Below are positions 32,420 to 42,833 of a stretch of 64,000 bases of DNA, one piece after another; the first letter of the stretch is position 1; each line of letters starts with the position of its first letter. Source of the stretch: an uncultured Chloroflexia bacterium (GTDB taxonomy: Bacteria; Chloroflexota; Limnocylindria; Limnocylindrales; CSP1-4); assembly GCA_963763775.1 (NCBI GenBank), contig CAVXPZ010000001.1, positions 512,001 to 576,000 of the forward strand, in the 5' to 3' direction. The position numbers and the translations under genes are program-made. Below the pieces are notes generated by a model. That model had not been told where the DNA came from. It did not search any database and saw nothing but the letters and a program-made list of their open reading frames with translations.

Positions 32420-32461
32420 CGCTGCGCCTCCGCGTCGAATAGCAGGCTACGGAACGACCCT

Positions 32462-33637
32462 TCACGCCGACTGCACCGCCCCTTCATCGCCGCTCAACCG
32501 GCCAGCGTGAACACGCAATCCGGCCATCGAAGCGGGGAAGGAACCGGCCCGGATGGAGGCTCGGACCCTGGCCATGAAGTCTAGGGTGAAGGTCAGGTTG
32601 TGACAAGTCGCGAGACGGTAGGCGAGCAGCTCCTTGGCCCGGAACAGATGGGCCAGATACGCTCGGGAGAAGCGCCGGCAGGCGAGGCACGGACAGTCCT
32701 CCTGGATGGGTCGCGGATCGTCGAGGAAGGCCCGATTCCGGATGTTGAGGCGACCCCCGGGGACCCAGAGCTGGCCGTTTCGCGCAACGCGTGCCGGCAG
32801 CACGGAATCGAAGAGGTCGACGCCGCGATGCACGGCCTCCAGCAGGTCCGCCGGGGAGCCGAGGCCCATCAGGTAGCGCGGCCGCGGGTCGTCGTCCAGG
32901 AGGGGCACGGCCAGGTCGAGCGTCGCGTCGCGTTGGGCCGGCGTCTCGTCGCCCGCCAGGCCGCCCAGGCAGATCCCGTCGAACGGCAGGCTGGCGATGA
33001 ACCGCGTGGACGCCGCCCGGAGTTCCGGGTCGAGGCCGCCCTGGACGATCCCGAACAGCGCCTGATCCTCCCGCGTGTGCGCCGCCAGCGATCGTTCCGC
33101 CCATCGGTGCGTGCGCTCGGTCGCGTCCGCGACCACGGCCCGCGGCGACGTGGGAAAGACGGGCTGGTCGAACGCCACGGCGACGTCCGAGCCCAACGCC
33201 TCCTGGGCGCCGATCGCGACCTCGGGCGTGAATCGGTGTGTGGAGCCATCGAGGTGGCTGCGGAAGGTCACCCCGTCCTCGTCGACGACCCGGAGGTCCC
33301 CGAGGGACACGACCTGGAACCCTCCCGAGTCCGTGAGGATCGGCCGGTCCCAGTCCATGAACCGGTGGAGGCCGCCGAGCCGTGCGATCCGGTCCGCACC
33401 GGGGCGAAGGTAGAGGTGGTACGTGTTCGAGAGGATGATCGAGGCACCCGTCTCACGGATCTCGTCGGGCGAGAGGGCCTTCACGGTCGCGTTGGTGCCG
33501 ACCGGCATGAACTGCGGCGTCTCCACGATCCCGTGGGTCAGCGTCAGCTGGCCGAGGCGCGCCCGCGTCGATCCGTCGGCCGGCGGGGGCACGAGCACCT
33601 CGTAGCGCGCCGCCCGGCCCTCGTAGGGAGCGGTCAC
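32462..33637 (-). CDS. tgt: Queuine tRNA-ribosyltransferase
   Basis: [34 protein letters not shown] zinc site. Confidence 0.95.
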   Translation of the reverse strand: MTAPYEGRAARYEVLVPPPADGSTRARLGQLTLTHGIVETPQFMPVGTNATVKALSPDEIRETGASIILSNTYHLYLRPGADRIARLGGLHRFMDWDRPILTDSGGFQVVSLGDLRVVDEDGVTFRSHLDGSTHRFTPEVAIGAQEALGSDVAVAFDQPVFPTSPRAVVADATERTHRWAERSLAAHTREDQALFGIVQGGLDPELRAASTRFIASLPFDGICLGGLAGDETPAQRDATLDLAVPLLDDDPRPRYLMGLGSPADLLEAVHRGVDLFDSVLPARVARNGQLWVPGGRLNIRNRAFLDDPRPIQEDCPCLACRRFSRAYLAHLFRAKELLAYRLATCHNLTFTLDFMARVRASIRAGSFPASMAGLRVHAGRLSGDEGAVQSA

Positions 33638-34714
33638 GCGTCCTCCGGGGCGGGGTCGTCCCAGAGGCTGGGCATCCCGGCCTCGGCGCGTCGGGGTGGC
33701 GGGATCTCGTACCCGAGCGCCGCGAGGTGTGCCCGCGCCGCCTCGGTCGCGATGCGGCCCTGCGGCGTGCGGTCGATGAACCCGAGCCGCAGGAGGAACG
33801 GCTCGTAGACATCCTCGATGGTCTCGATCTCCTCGGACAGGACGGCGGCGAGGGCGGCGACACCCACCGGGCCCGGAGGCGAACTTCTGGATGATGGCCG
33901 CCAGCAGCTTCCGATCCGTCGAGTCGAGGCCCTCGTCGTCGATCTCCATGGCCCGCATCGCCTCGCGGGCGCGTGCCTCGTCGACGGTCCCGTCTCCGTG
34001 GACCTGGGCATGGTCGCGGACCCGCTTGAGCAGCCGGTTCACGATCCGAGGCGTGCCCCGGCCGCGTCGCGCGATGGCCCGGGCCGCCGCCGGCTCGATC
34101 TGGACGTCGAGGATCGACGCGGACCGGTCGACGATGGCCGTCAGCTCGTCGTCCGTGTAGAAGTCCAGGCGGTACGTCGCCCCGAACCGGTCGCGGAGCG
34201 GGCTGCTGATGCGGCCGGCGCGGGTCGTCGCCCCCACGACCGTGAACGGCTTGAGGCTGAGCCGCAGGCTCCGGGCGCTCGGCCCCTTGCCGATCATCAC
34301 GTCGAGCGCGTAGTCCTCCATCGCCGGGTAGAGGATCTCCTCCACCGCGCGGTTCAGACGATGGATCTCGTCGATGAAGAGCACGTCCCGCTCGTCGAGC
34401 GAGGTCAGGACGCTCGCGAGATCGCCGGCCCGCTCGATCGCGGGTCCCGAGGTGTAGCGGACATTCACGCCGAGCTCGCGGGCGACGATGGTCGCGAGCG
34501 TGGTCTTGCCGAGGCCGGGCGGCCCGTAGAGGAGGACGTGGTCTGCCGCCTCTCCCCTGCCCTTCGCCGCCTGGAGGAGGATCGACAGGTTGGCCTTGAC
34601 CTCCCGCTGCCCGATGTATTCGTCGAGCGTGCGGGGCCGCAGTGTGCCCTCCACGACGAGATCCGCCTCGTCATCGAGGTCCGGCGACAGGATGCGAGAA
34701 AGATCGTCGGCCAT
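33634..34714 (-). CDS. ruvB: Holliday junction helicase RuvB (frameshift near 33870)
   Basis: [26 protein letters not shown]; EDVYEPFL...RTPQGR is in the next frame. Confidence 0.95.
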
Positions 34715-34746
34715 CGGGCGGGATGGTAGCACGCCGACGACCATTT

Positions 34747-34760
34747 CGCACGCCTGTTCT
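34747..34760 (-). promoter_or_regulatory. Possible LexA (SOS) box upstream of ruvB
   Basis: AGAACAGGCGTGCG versus Gram-positive-type GAAC-N4-GTTC (one mismatch), near the -35 position of a TACCAT -10. Confidence 0.4.
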
Positions 34761-34793
34761 ACATCTCGCCGCACCTCGTCCGCCTCGGATGCG

Positions 34794-34818
34794 AAGTCCC
34801 ACTACGCGAGTAGGGCTT
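34794..34818. promoter_or_regulatory. Putative Rrf2 autoregulatory operator
   Basis: AAGTCCCAC-N7-GTAGGGCTT inverted repeat just upstream of the Rrf2 -10 (TACGAT). Confidence 0.5.
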
Positions 34819-34836
34819 CAGCGCTACGATGACCCG

Positions 34837-35313
34837 ATGCGGCTCTCCCGCCGTTCCGAATACGGCTTGCGCGCGCTCACCGACCTCGTCCGGCACGCCG
34901 ACGACGGCCCGGTGGCGCTCGCCGCGCTCGCCGAGCGAAACCGCCTGCCGCTCAAGTTCCTCGAGCAGATCATGGCCACGCTCAAGCACGCCGGGATCGT
35001 CCGGACCACCCTCGGCGCGCATGGCGGCTATGCGATCTCCGCCGACCCCCGCACGGTGTCGCTCGGCCGCGTGATCCGCCTCCTGGACGGCGCCCTGGCG
35101 CCGCTCGGGTGCGTCTCCCTCCGCTACTACGAGGCGTGCTCCTGCCCCGACGAGGCGACCTGCCCGCTGCGCGACACGATGATCGACGTCCGCGACGCGA
35201 TGCTGGACATCCTCGACGAGCAGACGCTGGCAGACCTCGCCGCCCGGTCCGGCGGCCGCTCGATCGACCCGCTTGGCCGACACTCGGACGCGCTGGCCGG
35301 TCTGCGGCCCTGA
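34837..35313 (+). CDS. Rrf2 family transcriptional regulator with Cys cluster
   Basis: MRLSRRSEYGLRAL, KFLEQI, GAHGGY, CVSLRYYEACSCPDEATC. Confidence 0.9.
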   Translation: MRLSRRSEYGLRALTDLVRHADDGPVALAALAERNRLPLKFLEQIMATLKHAGIVRTTLGAHGGYAISADPRTVSLGRVIRLLDGALAPLGCVSLRYYEACSCPDEATCPLRDTMIDVRDAMLDILDEQTLADLAARSGGRSIDPLGRHSDALAGLRP

Positions 35314-35334
35314 CGCGCTGGCCGGTCTCCGGCC

Positions 35335-35931
35335 CTAATCCCGCGCGAGGCTCCGCAGGGCGGCCTTGACCCGTTCCTCGAGCGTCGAGGCGACCCCCAC
35401 GTCCGAGAGCGCGATCCGCGAGGCCTCGCGGGCCTCACCGAGCGAGTAGCCGAGGGCCTGGAGGGCCGCCACGATCTCGCCCTCGCTCGCGGCCTGGCCG
35501 GCGACCGACGGACCCGAGACCGCGACGCCTGCCGCAGTGACCTTCTCCTTGAGCTCGAAGATGATCCGCTCGGCGAGTTTCTTGCCGATCCCGGGGATCG
35601 CGACGAGCACGGCCTGGTCCTGCGCCATGATCGCGAGCTGCAGGTCCGCCGGCGGCCTCGACCCCACGATCGCCAGGGCCACCTTCGGCCCCACCCCGTT
35701 GACGGTGAGCAGGAGGTTGAAGAACCCGAGCTCTTCCGAGGTCCGGAAGCCGTACAACGCCTGCTGGTCCTCGCGGACCAGGTGGTAGGTGTGCAGCTTG
35801 AGCCGGCCGCCCGGCACCGCCGAGGCGATGACCGACGGCGCGGCGAAGACCCGGTAGCCGATGCCGCCGACCTCGATGACCAGCGAATCGAAGGCGACGG
35901 CGCCCACCGTCCCCTCGACCGAGGCGATCAC
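35335..35931 (-). CDS. ruvA: Holliday junction DNA-binding protein RuvA
   Basis: GGIGYRV, LYGF, VNGVGPK, IPGIGKK, LQALGY. Confidence 0.95.
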   Translation of the reverse strand: MIASVEGTVGAVAFDSLVIEVGGIGYRVFAAPSVIASAVPGGRLKLHTYHLVREDQQALYGFRTSEELGFFNLLLTVNGVGPKVALAIVGSRPPADLQLAIMAQDQAVLVAIPGIGKKLAERIIFELKEKVTAAGVAVSGPSVAGQAASEGEIVAALQALGYSLGEAREASRIALSDVGVASTLEERVKAALRSLARD

Positions 35932-36545
35932 GAGGCGCTGCGCTTCGCGGCGCGGATCCCGGCACGCTCGGCGGCGAGCGCTTCGCGGACCGCCCGTTCG
36001 TAGGCGCTCTCGCCGCGGACGATCGGGGCGACCGCCGCGCGATCCATGACCGCGGCACCGGCACGCTCGGCGCCGACGCGTTCGGTGTTCGCCGCCCAGG
36101 TCGCGATGGCGAGCGCGTCCGCGGCGTCATCCGGGCGCGGCAGCTCGCCCATGCCGAGAACCAGCTGCACCATGCGCGCGACCTGGTCCTTCTCTGCGGC
36201 GCCATAGCCCGTGATGGCGCTCTTGACCTCGCTTGGCGTGGCCTCGCGCACCGGCGTGCCGTGCTGGGCCGCCGCCAGCAGGACGACCCCGCGGGCCTGC
36301 CCGACCGCGAAGGCCGTCTGGACGTTCTTGGAGAAGAAGAGCCGCTCGACCGCGATGACGTCCGGCTGGTGCAGGGCGAGCAGGTCGTCCACGAGCGTGT
36401 GGATCGCCAGCAGGCGCTCGGGCAGCCCCAGGTCCGCGCTCGTCGTCAGGCAGCCATGGTCGACCTCGCGCAAGCGGCCGCCGGATCGCTCGACGATCCC
36501 GTAGCCCAGCGCGGCGGTCCCCGGGTCGATCCCGAGGACGATCAC
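35928..36545 (-). CDS. ruvC: Crossover junction endonuclease RuvC
   Basis: [26 protein letters not shown]. Confidence 0.95.
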   Translation of the reverse strand: MIVLGIDPGTAALGYGIVERSGGRLREVDHGCLTTSADLGLPERLLAIHTLVDDLLALHQPDVIAVERLFFSKNVQTAFAVGQARGVVLLAAAQHGTPVREATPSEVKSAITGYGAAEKDQVARMVQLVLGMGELPRPDDAADALAIATWAANTERVGAERAGAAVMDRAAVAPIVRGESAYERAVREALAAERAGIRAAKRSAS

Positions 36546-37294
36546 CCGGCGACCTCGGCGAAGACGTCCTCGGGGATGTCGAAGTTGGCGGTCACGCGCG
36601 AGACGTCGTCGAGGTCCTCGAGCAGCTCGACGAGCCGAAGGGCCTGGCGCGCCTTCGCCGAGTCCAGTTCGACGGTCTGCTTGGCGACCATGGTCGCTTC
36701 GGCGGAGTCGACCGCGACCCCGGCCCCTTCGAGCGCCCGGCGCACGGCCTCGAGCTCGCCGGGGGCGGTGTAGATCTCGATGGTCTCGCCGTCCTCGGTG
36801 TCGACGTCCTCGGCCCCGGCGTCGATCGCCGCGAGCGCCACCTCGTCGGCATCCACGCCGTCGCGCGCCACGGAGATGAGCCCGCGCGGCTCGAACTGCC
36901 AGGCGACCGCGCCGCTGCCGGCCAGCTGGCCGCCCGACTTCGCGAACATCGAGCGCACCTCGGCCGCGGTGCGATTGCGGTTGTCGGTCTGGGCTTCCAC
37001 GAGGACCGCCACGCCGCCCGGGCCGTAGCCCTCGTAGACGATCTCCTCGTACTGGTCGACCTCGCCGGCGCCCGTCGCCTTGTCGATCGTCCGCTTGATG
37101 TTGTCCGCGGGCATGTTCACCGAGCGGGCCTTCTCGATGGCGAGCCGAAGCCGATAGTTGGCATCGGGGTCGCCGCCGCCCTGACGAGCCGCAACGGAGA
37201 TCTCACGCGCCACTTTCGTGAACAGGGCGCCGCGCTTGGCGTCGGTGATGCCCTTGGCGCGCTTGATCGTGGACCACTTGGAATGACCTGACAT
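36542..37294 (-). CDS. yebC: YebC/PmpR family protein
   Basis: [29 protein letters not shown]. Confidence 0.95.
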   Translation of the reverse strand: MSGHSKWSTIKRAKGITDAKRGALFTKVAREISVAARQGGGDPDANYRLRLAIEKARSVNMPADNIKRTIDKATGAGEVDQYEEIVYEGYGPGGVAVLVEAQTDNRNRTAAEVRSMFAKSGGQLAGSGAVAWQFEPRGLISVARDGVDADEVALAAIDAGAEDVDTEDGETIEIYTAPGELEAVRRALEGAGVAVDSAEATMVAKQTVELDSAKARQALRLVELLEDLDDVSRVTANFDIPEDVFAEVAG

Positions 37295-37391
37295 CGCGGG
37301 CCGGAGTATAGCCGACTATGATGGCTGGACCCCTTGCGCTCCCTTCACGACCTCCGCTCGCAACGCCCACCAGGAGGACCGTCGAACCACG

Positions 37392-39485
37392 ATGACGATG
37401 AAGAGCGTCGACCTCCCCCACCTTCGCAGCGTCGTCCTGACGGGCCACGTCGGCTCGGGCAAGACGACGCTGGCGGAGCAGCTCATGTTCAAGGCCGGGG
37501 CGATCCCGCGACTCGGTCGCGTCGACGACGGGACGGCCCACCTGGACTTCGAGCCCGAGGAGCAGAAGCGGCGCGAGTCGCTGAGCCTGGCGGTCGGCAC
37601 CTTCGAGAGCGACGGCACGCGGATCTCGCTCGTCGACACGCCCGGATACCCGGACTTCGTCGCGGACGTCGTCGAAGGGTTCGCCGCCGCGGACGGCGCG
37701 ATCTTCGTCATGGACGCCTCCGGCGGCGTCGAGGCCGGACTCGAGAACGCGGTGGCGATCGGCCGCGCGACCGGCCGCGCCGCGTGCTTCTTCATCAACA
37801 AGGGCGACCGCGAGAACGCGGACCCCACCGCGGCGCTGGACGCGTTGCGGGCCACCTTCGGGGAGAAGATCGCGCCGCTCCAGCTCGCGATCGGGGCTGC
37901 GGAGTCGTTCTCCGGCTACGTCGACCTCGTCCACCGCAAGGCGTGGCAGTGGGACGGCTCGAAGGAGGTCGAGGTCGCGATCCCGGCCGACATGGTCGAC
38001 GAGGTCGCGCGTCGCCGCGACCAGCTCCTCGAGGCCGCCGCCGAGGCCGACGACGACGTCCTCACGAAGTACCTGGAAGGCGAGGAGATCGCCGACCACG
38101 AACTCGAGGTCTGCCTGCGCAAGGGCGTCAAGGACAGCATCCTCGCGCCGGTCCTCGTCGGCAGCGCCGCCAAGGGGATCGGCCTGCGCGGTCTCCTCGA
38201 TGCGATCGTCCGGTACCTCCCCTCCCCCGCCGACGAGCCGCCGGTCAAGTGCGCGGACAAGGGCGGTGGCGCCACCGAGATCGCCGCCGACGAGGCCGGG
38301 CCGCTCCTGGTGCGCGTCTTCAAGACCACGGCGGACCCGTTCGTCGGACGGCTGACCTACCTGCGCGTCCTGTCCGGCACGCTGCACTCGCAGGCGCACG
38401 TGTGGAACGCGACGCGCGGCGAGGACGAGCGGATCGGGCAGCTCCTGCTGCTGCACGGCAAGGAGCAGGAGGCGATCGGCGAGCTCAAGGCGGGCGAGAT
38501 CGGGGCCGTCGCCAAGCTGACGGTGACCGAGACCGGCGACACGGTCTCGACGAAGGAACGCCCCCTGACGCTCCCCCCGCTCGAGTTCCCGTCGCCGTCG
38601 CTCGTGCTGGCGATCGAGCCGCAGTCCAAGGGCGACCTCGACAAGATGGGCCCGGCGCTCCAGCGGATGCTCGAGGAGGAGCCGACGGTCCGCCTCGAGC
38701 GCAGCGCGACCGGCGAGCAGGTCCTGCGGACGATGGGCGAGGCGCACACCGCGGTCATCATCGAGCGGCTCAAGCGCAAGTTCGGTGCCGCGGTGGTCAC
38801 CCACACGCCCAAGGTGCCGTACAAGGAGACCATCCGCGGCAAGACGCAGGTCCACGGCCGCTACAAGAAGCAGACCGGCGGCCACGGGATGTTCGGCGAT
38901 GTCTGGCTCGAGCTGGAGCCGAACCCCGACGGCGGGGTGGCGTTCGCGGAGCGTGTCGTCGGCGGCAGCGTCCCGAAGGGGTTCTTCGCGGGCGTCGAAA
39001 AGGGCATCCGGGAAGCCGCGGCCGAGGGCGTCGTCGCCGGATACCCGCTCTCGGACTTCCGGGCGACGCTCTACGACGGGTCGTTCCACCCGGTCGACTC
39101 GAACGAGCTCTCGTTCAAGATCGCGGCGTCGATGGCCCTCAAGGACGGCGTCCTGCAGGCGAAGCCCGCGCTGATGGAGCCCATCATGGCGGTCGAGATC
39201 CGGGTCCCCGAGGCCTACATGGGCGAGGTCAACCGCGACCTCAACGGCCGGCGCGGCCGAGTCCTCGGGATGGACTCGGCCGGGTCGACGCAGATCATCA
39301 GCGCCCATGTGCCCGAGGCGGAGCTGTTCACGTACGCGATCGAGCTGCGGTCGCTCACCCACGGCCGCGGCACCTTCACGTCCACGCTCGACCACTACGA
39401 GGACGTGCCGTCGCACATCGCCGAGAAGGTGATCGCGGAGCACCGCAAGGAGCTCGAGGCCGCCGGACACGGCGGCGGCCACTAG
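37392..39485 (+). CDS. Elongation factor G paralog (EF-G2-like)
   Basis: [36 protein letters not shown]; located outside the str operon. Confidence 0.9.
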   Translation: MTMKSVDLPHLRSVVLTGHVGSGKTTLAEQLMFKAGAIPRLGRVDDGTAHLDFEPEEQKRRESLSLAVGTFESDGTRISLVDTPGYPDFVADVVEGFAAADGAIFVMDASGGVEAGLENAVAIGRATGRAACFFINKGDRENADPTAALDALRATFGEKIAPLQLAIGAAESFSGYVDLVHRKAWQWDGSKEVEVAIPADMVDEVARRRDQLLEAAAEADDDVLTKYLEGEEIADHELEVCLRKGVKDSILAPVLVGSAAKGIGLRGLLDAIVRYLPSPADEPPVKCADKGGGATEIAADEAGPLLVRVFKTTADPFVGRLTYLRVLSGTLHSQAHVWNATRGEDERIGQLLLLHGKEQEAIGELKAGEIGAVAKLTVTETGDTVSTKERPLTLPPLEFPSPSLVLAIEPQSKGDLDKMGPALQRMLEEEPTVRLERSATGEQVLRTMGEAHTAVIIERLKRKFGAAVVTHTPKVPYKETIRGKTQVHGRYKKQTGGHGMFGDVWLELEPNPDGGVAFAERVVGGSVPKGFFAGVEKGIREAAAEGVVAGYPLSDFRATLYDGSFHPVDSNELSFKIAASMALKDGVLQAKPALMEPIMAVEIRVPEAYMGEVNRDLNGRRGRVLGMDSAGSTQIISAHVPEAELFTYAIELRSLTHGRGTFTSTLDHYEDVPSHIAEKVIAEHRKELEAAGHGGGH

Positions 39486-39515
39486 GCGCGGCGGACCCGC
39501 CTCTGACGCGGCGCC

Positions 39516-40261
39516 TCAACCGATCGCCGCGAGGGCCTCCGCGAGGTCCAGGGACCCGTCGTAGAGCGCACGGCCCACGATCGCGCCCGAACAGCCCACC
39601 GCCCGGACCGCCTCGAGGTCTCGGATCGAGGCGATGCCCGCCGACGCGATGATCGACGCGTCCGAGCCGAGCGCGCCGAGCAGACGCCCGTAGAGGGACA
39701 GATCCGGACCGCCGAGCAGCCCGTCGCGGTCGATCGCGGTGACCTCGAAGCAGCGCACGCCGTGTTCCACGAGGTCACGGATGACCCGTTCGGCGTCCAC
39801 GCCCGGCGCGTCAGCGGTCCAACCCCGGCCGACGGCCAGGCCGCCACGGACATCGATGGCCACCACGATCCGATCCGCCCCATGGGTTCGGACGAGCCGG
39901 CCGGCAAGGTCCGGATCCGCCAGCGCCGCAGTGCCGACGACGGCCCGGGCCGCACCCGCGCGTCGAGCACCGCCGCGACGGCCCCAGCGGTCCGTAGCCC
40001 GCCGGCCACCTCCACGGAGGCACGGTCCGCCACGGCCGCCACGATGTCGGCGATCACCCCGCGGTGCGCCGGCTCCCCGCTGCGGGCGCCGTCCAGGTCC
40101 ACGACATGCAGCCAACGGGCGCCCGCCGCCACGAACGAACGAGCGACCGACACCGGATCGTCGGAGAACGCCGTCTCCCGGTCGAAGTCGCCCTGCTCGA
40201 GGCGGACGACGCGGCCGCCGCGGAGGTCGATCGCCGGCAGGATCTCGAAGGCGCTTGTCAA
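39516..40261 (-). CDS. hisA: ProFAR isomerase (frameshift near 39960)
   Basis: [37 protein letters not shown]. Confidence 0.9.
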
Positions 40262-40274
40262 GAGATGTGCTCCG

Positions 40275-40306
40275 TGTTAGCGTGTTAGCACGCTACTATG
40301 ATAGCA
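40275..40306. promoter_or_regulatory. Tandem operator for the TrpR-like his regulator, overlapping divergent promoters
   Basis: TGTTA-N6-TAGCA (40275-40290) abuts CGCTA-N6-TAGCA (40291-40306); contains -10 TATGAT (40297-40302). Confidence 0.65.
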
Positions 40307-40338
40307 CAGCCACACGAACGAACGAGGACGACGGCGAC

Positions 40339-40641
40339 ATGGCCGACGACTGGCGCACCCCTGACGCGGAGGCACTCTTCCAGACGATCCTGGGCCTCGA
40401 CACGATCGATGAAGCCGAGCGCTTCTTCCGCGACCTCTGCACCCTCAACGAACTGCGCGACATGGCCCAGCGCTGGGCCGTCGTGCGGCTCCTCGACAGC
40501 GGCAAACACTATGCCGAGATCTCGCGCGAGACCGGAGCGAGCACGGCGACGATCACCCGCATCGCCTCGTGGCTCAACCACGGCGAGGGCGGCTACCGAG
40601 CGGTGCTCGACCGGACCCGTGGCCCCGGGGACGGCGCATGA
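40339..40641 (+). CDS. YerC/YecD TrpR-like regulator (HisR-like)
   Basis: FFRDLCTLNELRDMAQRW, TGASTATITR, GEGGY; first gene of the his operon. Confidence 0.9.
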   Translation: MADDWRTPDAEALFQTILGLDTIDEAERFFRDLCTLNELRDMAQRWAVVRLLDSGKHYAEISRETGASTATITRIASWLNHGEGGYRAVLDRTRGPGDGA

Positions 40642-41498
40642 CCGAGCGACTCCGCCTGGCCGTCCCGAACAAGGGGCGGCTCGTCGAGCCGACGCTCCGG
40701 CTTCTGCACGACGCGGGCCTCGTCTTCGAGGAGCACGACCGGAGTCTCGTCGCGCGCGTCCAGAACTTCGACCTGGACATCCTGTTCGTGCGGACCAACG
40801 ACGTCATCGAGTTCGTCGGCGATGGGGTCGCCGACCTCGGCGTCACCGGGATCGACCTCCTGAGCGAGACCGGCGCCGAGTTGCCGCGCGTCCGCGAGCT
40901 CGGCTACGGGCGTTGCCGTCTGGCGGCCGCCGTGCCGACCGACGCGCCACAGCGGACCGTGGAAGAACTGGCGGGACTCCGCGTCGCGACCGCCCACCCG
41001 AACACGGCGCGACGGTTCTTCGCCGAGCGACGGATCGCGGTCGACGTCATCCCGATCTCGGGTGCGGTGGAGGTGGCGCCGCGACTCGGGCTGGCGGAGG
41101 CGATCGTGGACCTCGTGTCCACGGGCTCGACGCTCGTGATGAACGGGCTCCGCCAGGTCGGGGACGTGCTCGCCTCGGAGGCGGTGCTGGTCGCGAACCC
41201 GAACGCCCAGCGCCAACGGGCCGAGGAGCTCGCCGCGATCGACACCATGCTCAGCGCGGTGATCGCGGCCCGCGCCCGCAAGTACCTGATGATGAACGCC
41301 CCGGCGGCGACCCTGCCGGAGCTCGAGCGGCTGCTGCCCGCCCTCGAGTCGCCCACGGTGATCCCCCTCGCCCACACCGGGATGATCGCCATCCACTCGG
41401 TCGTGAGCGCCGACGAGGTCTGGGGGCTCCTCCCCCGCCTGAAGGCCGCCGGTGCCTCGGGGATCCTCGTGCTCCCCATCGAGAAGATCGTCCCGTGA
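40638..41498 (+). CDS. hisG: ATP phosphoribosyltransferase, long form
   Basis: LAVPNKGRL, DLGVTGID, GAVEVAP, DLVSTGSTL. Confidence 0.95.
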   Translation: MTERLRLAVPNKGRLVEPTLRLLHDAGLVFEEHDRSLVARVQNFDLDILFVRTNDVIEFVGDGVADLGVTGIDLLSETGAELPRVRELGYGRCRLAAAVPTDAPQRTVEELAGLRVATAHPNTARRFFAERRIAVDVIPISGAVEVAPRLGLAEAIVDLVSTGSTLVMNGLRQVGDVLASEAVLVANPNAQRQRAEELAAIDTMLSAVIAARARKYLMMNAPAATLPELERLLPALESPTVIPLAHTGMIAIHSVVSADEVWGLLPRLKAAGASGILVLPIEKIVP

Positions 41499-42833
41499 GC
41501 CAGACGACGCTCGCGCATCCGCCGCCTCGATCTGGCGGCGGTCGGCGCCGGCGATCCGTCGGCGAGGGCTGACCGCGATGCCCTGGTGCGTCGCGGGGCG
41601 GTGCCGGACGCCATCGTGCGCGACGCGGCGCGAGCCACGGTGGCCGATGTCCGCGACCGGGGCGACACGGCGGTCCGCGAGGCCAACGACCGCGTCGGGG
41701 GCGGCCGGCCGGATGGTCGGCTCGTCCTCGAGCCCCGCGACCTGCGGGCCGCACGAGACGCCCTCGAGCCGAGGGTCCGACGGGCGCTCGACCAGGCGAT
41801 CGCCAACGTGACGCGGTTCGCCGAGACCCAGCGTCCCGTGTCGACCAGGACCCAGATCCTCCCGGGCATCGAGATCGAGCGCCGCTGGACGCCGCTCGCC
41901 TCGGTCGGCGCGTACGTGCCGGGCGGCTCGGCCCCGTATCCGTCGTCACTCGTCATGACCGTCGTGCCGGCGCGCGTCGCCGGTGTGGAGCGGGTCGTGG
42001 TCGCGTCGCCGGCCGATCGTGACGGCCGGAACCATCCGGTCCTCCTCGGCGCCGCCGGCCTCCTGGACGTGGACGCGGTCATCGTCGCCGGGGGCGCGCA
42101 GGCCATCGGCGCGTTGGCGTACGGCCTGCCCGACGTCGGCATCGGTCCCGTGGACCGGATCGTCGGGCCGGGCAATGCGTGGGTGACCGCGGCCAAGATC
42201 GAGGTCTGCGGCGACGTCGGCATCGACCTGCCGGCCGGCCCGTCCGAGGGCATGGTCCTCGCCGCGCCGCCGGCCGACCCTCGTCGCGTGGCCGCGGACC
42301 TCATCACCCAGGCGGAACACGGGCCGGATTCGCCGGCGATCCTCGTCACGACCGACGCCGGGTTCGCCGACGCGGTGGAGGCCGCCGTCGCGGGGCTCCT
42401 GGCGACCGCGCTGCGGCGCGACATCCTCGAACGGGCTCTGCGCGACCACGGTCGGATCGTGCTGGCCCCCTCGCTCGACGTCGCGATCGCGTTCGTCGAC
42501 GCGTACGCGCCCGAGCACCTGTCCGTCGATGTCGAACCGCTCGAACCGACGGTCGCGCGCCTTCGCAACGCCGGGTCGCTGTTCGTGGGACCGTGGGCGC
42601 CGGAATCGGCCGGGGACTACGCCACGGGCGCGAACCACGTCCTGCCGACCGGCGGGCTGGCACGCGGCGCAGGCGGCCTCTCCGTCGAGGCGTATGGCAA
42701 GTTCGTCCAGGTCCAGCGGGTCGACAGAGTCGGTCTCGCCGCGATCCGCGAGTCCGTCACGACCCTTGCCGAGACCGAGGGGCTGCTCGCGCACCGCGAC
42801 GCCGTCGAGATCCGGTTCGAGGGCGAGGCATGA
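41495..42833 (+). CDS. hisD: Histidinol dehydrogenase (indel near 41515)
   Basis: [44 protein letters not shown]. Confidence 0.95.

Noticed and set aside
32462-34774. Apparent RuvB-Tgt fusion (770-aa ORF)
   Set aside because: An indel near 33870 diverts RuvB into the tgt frame. The true RuvB C-terminus is in ORF 33634..34011, and tgt has its own GTG at 33637.
40638-42833. hisG and hisD in the same frame, suggesting UGA readthrough
   Set aside because: A GTG at 41495 overlapping the hisG stop plus one inserted base near 41515 explains it, consistent with the window's indel rate.
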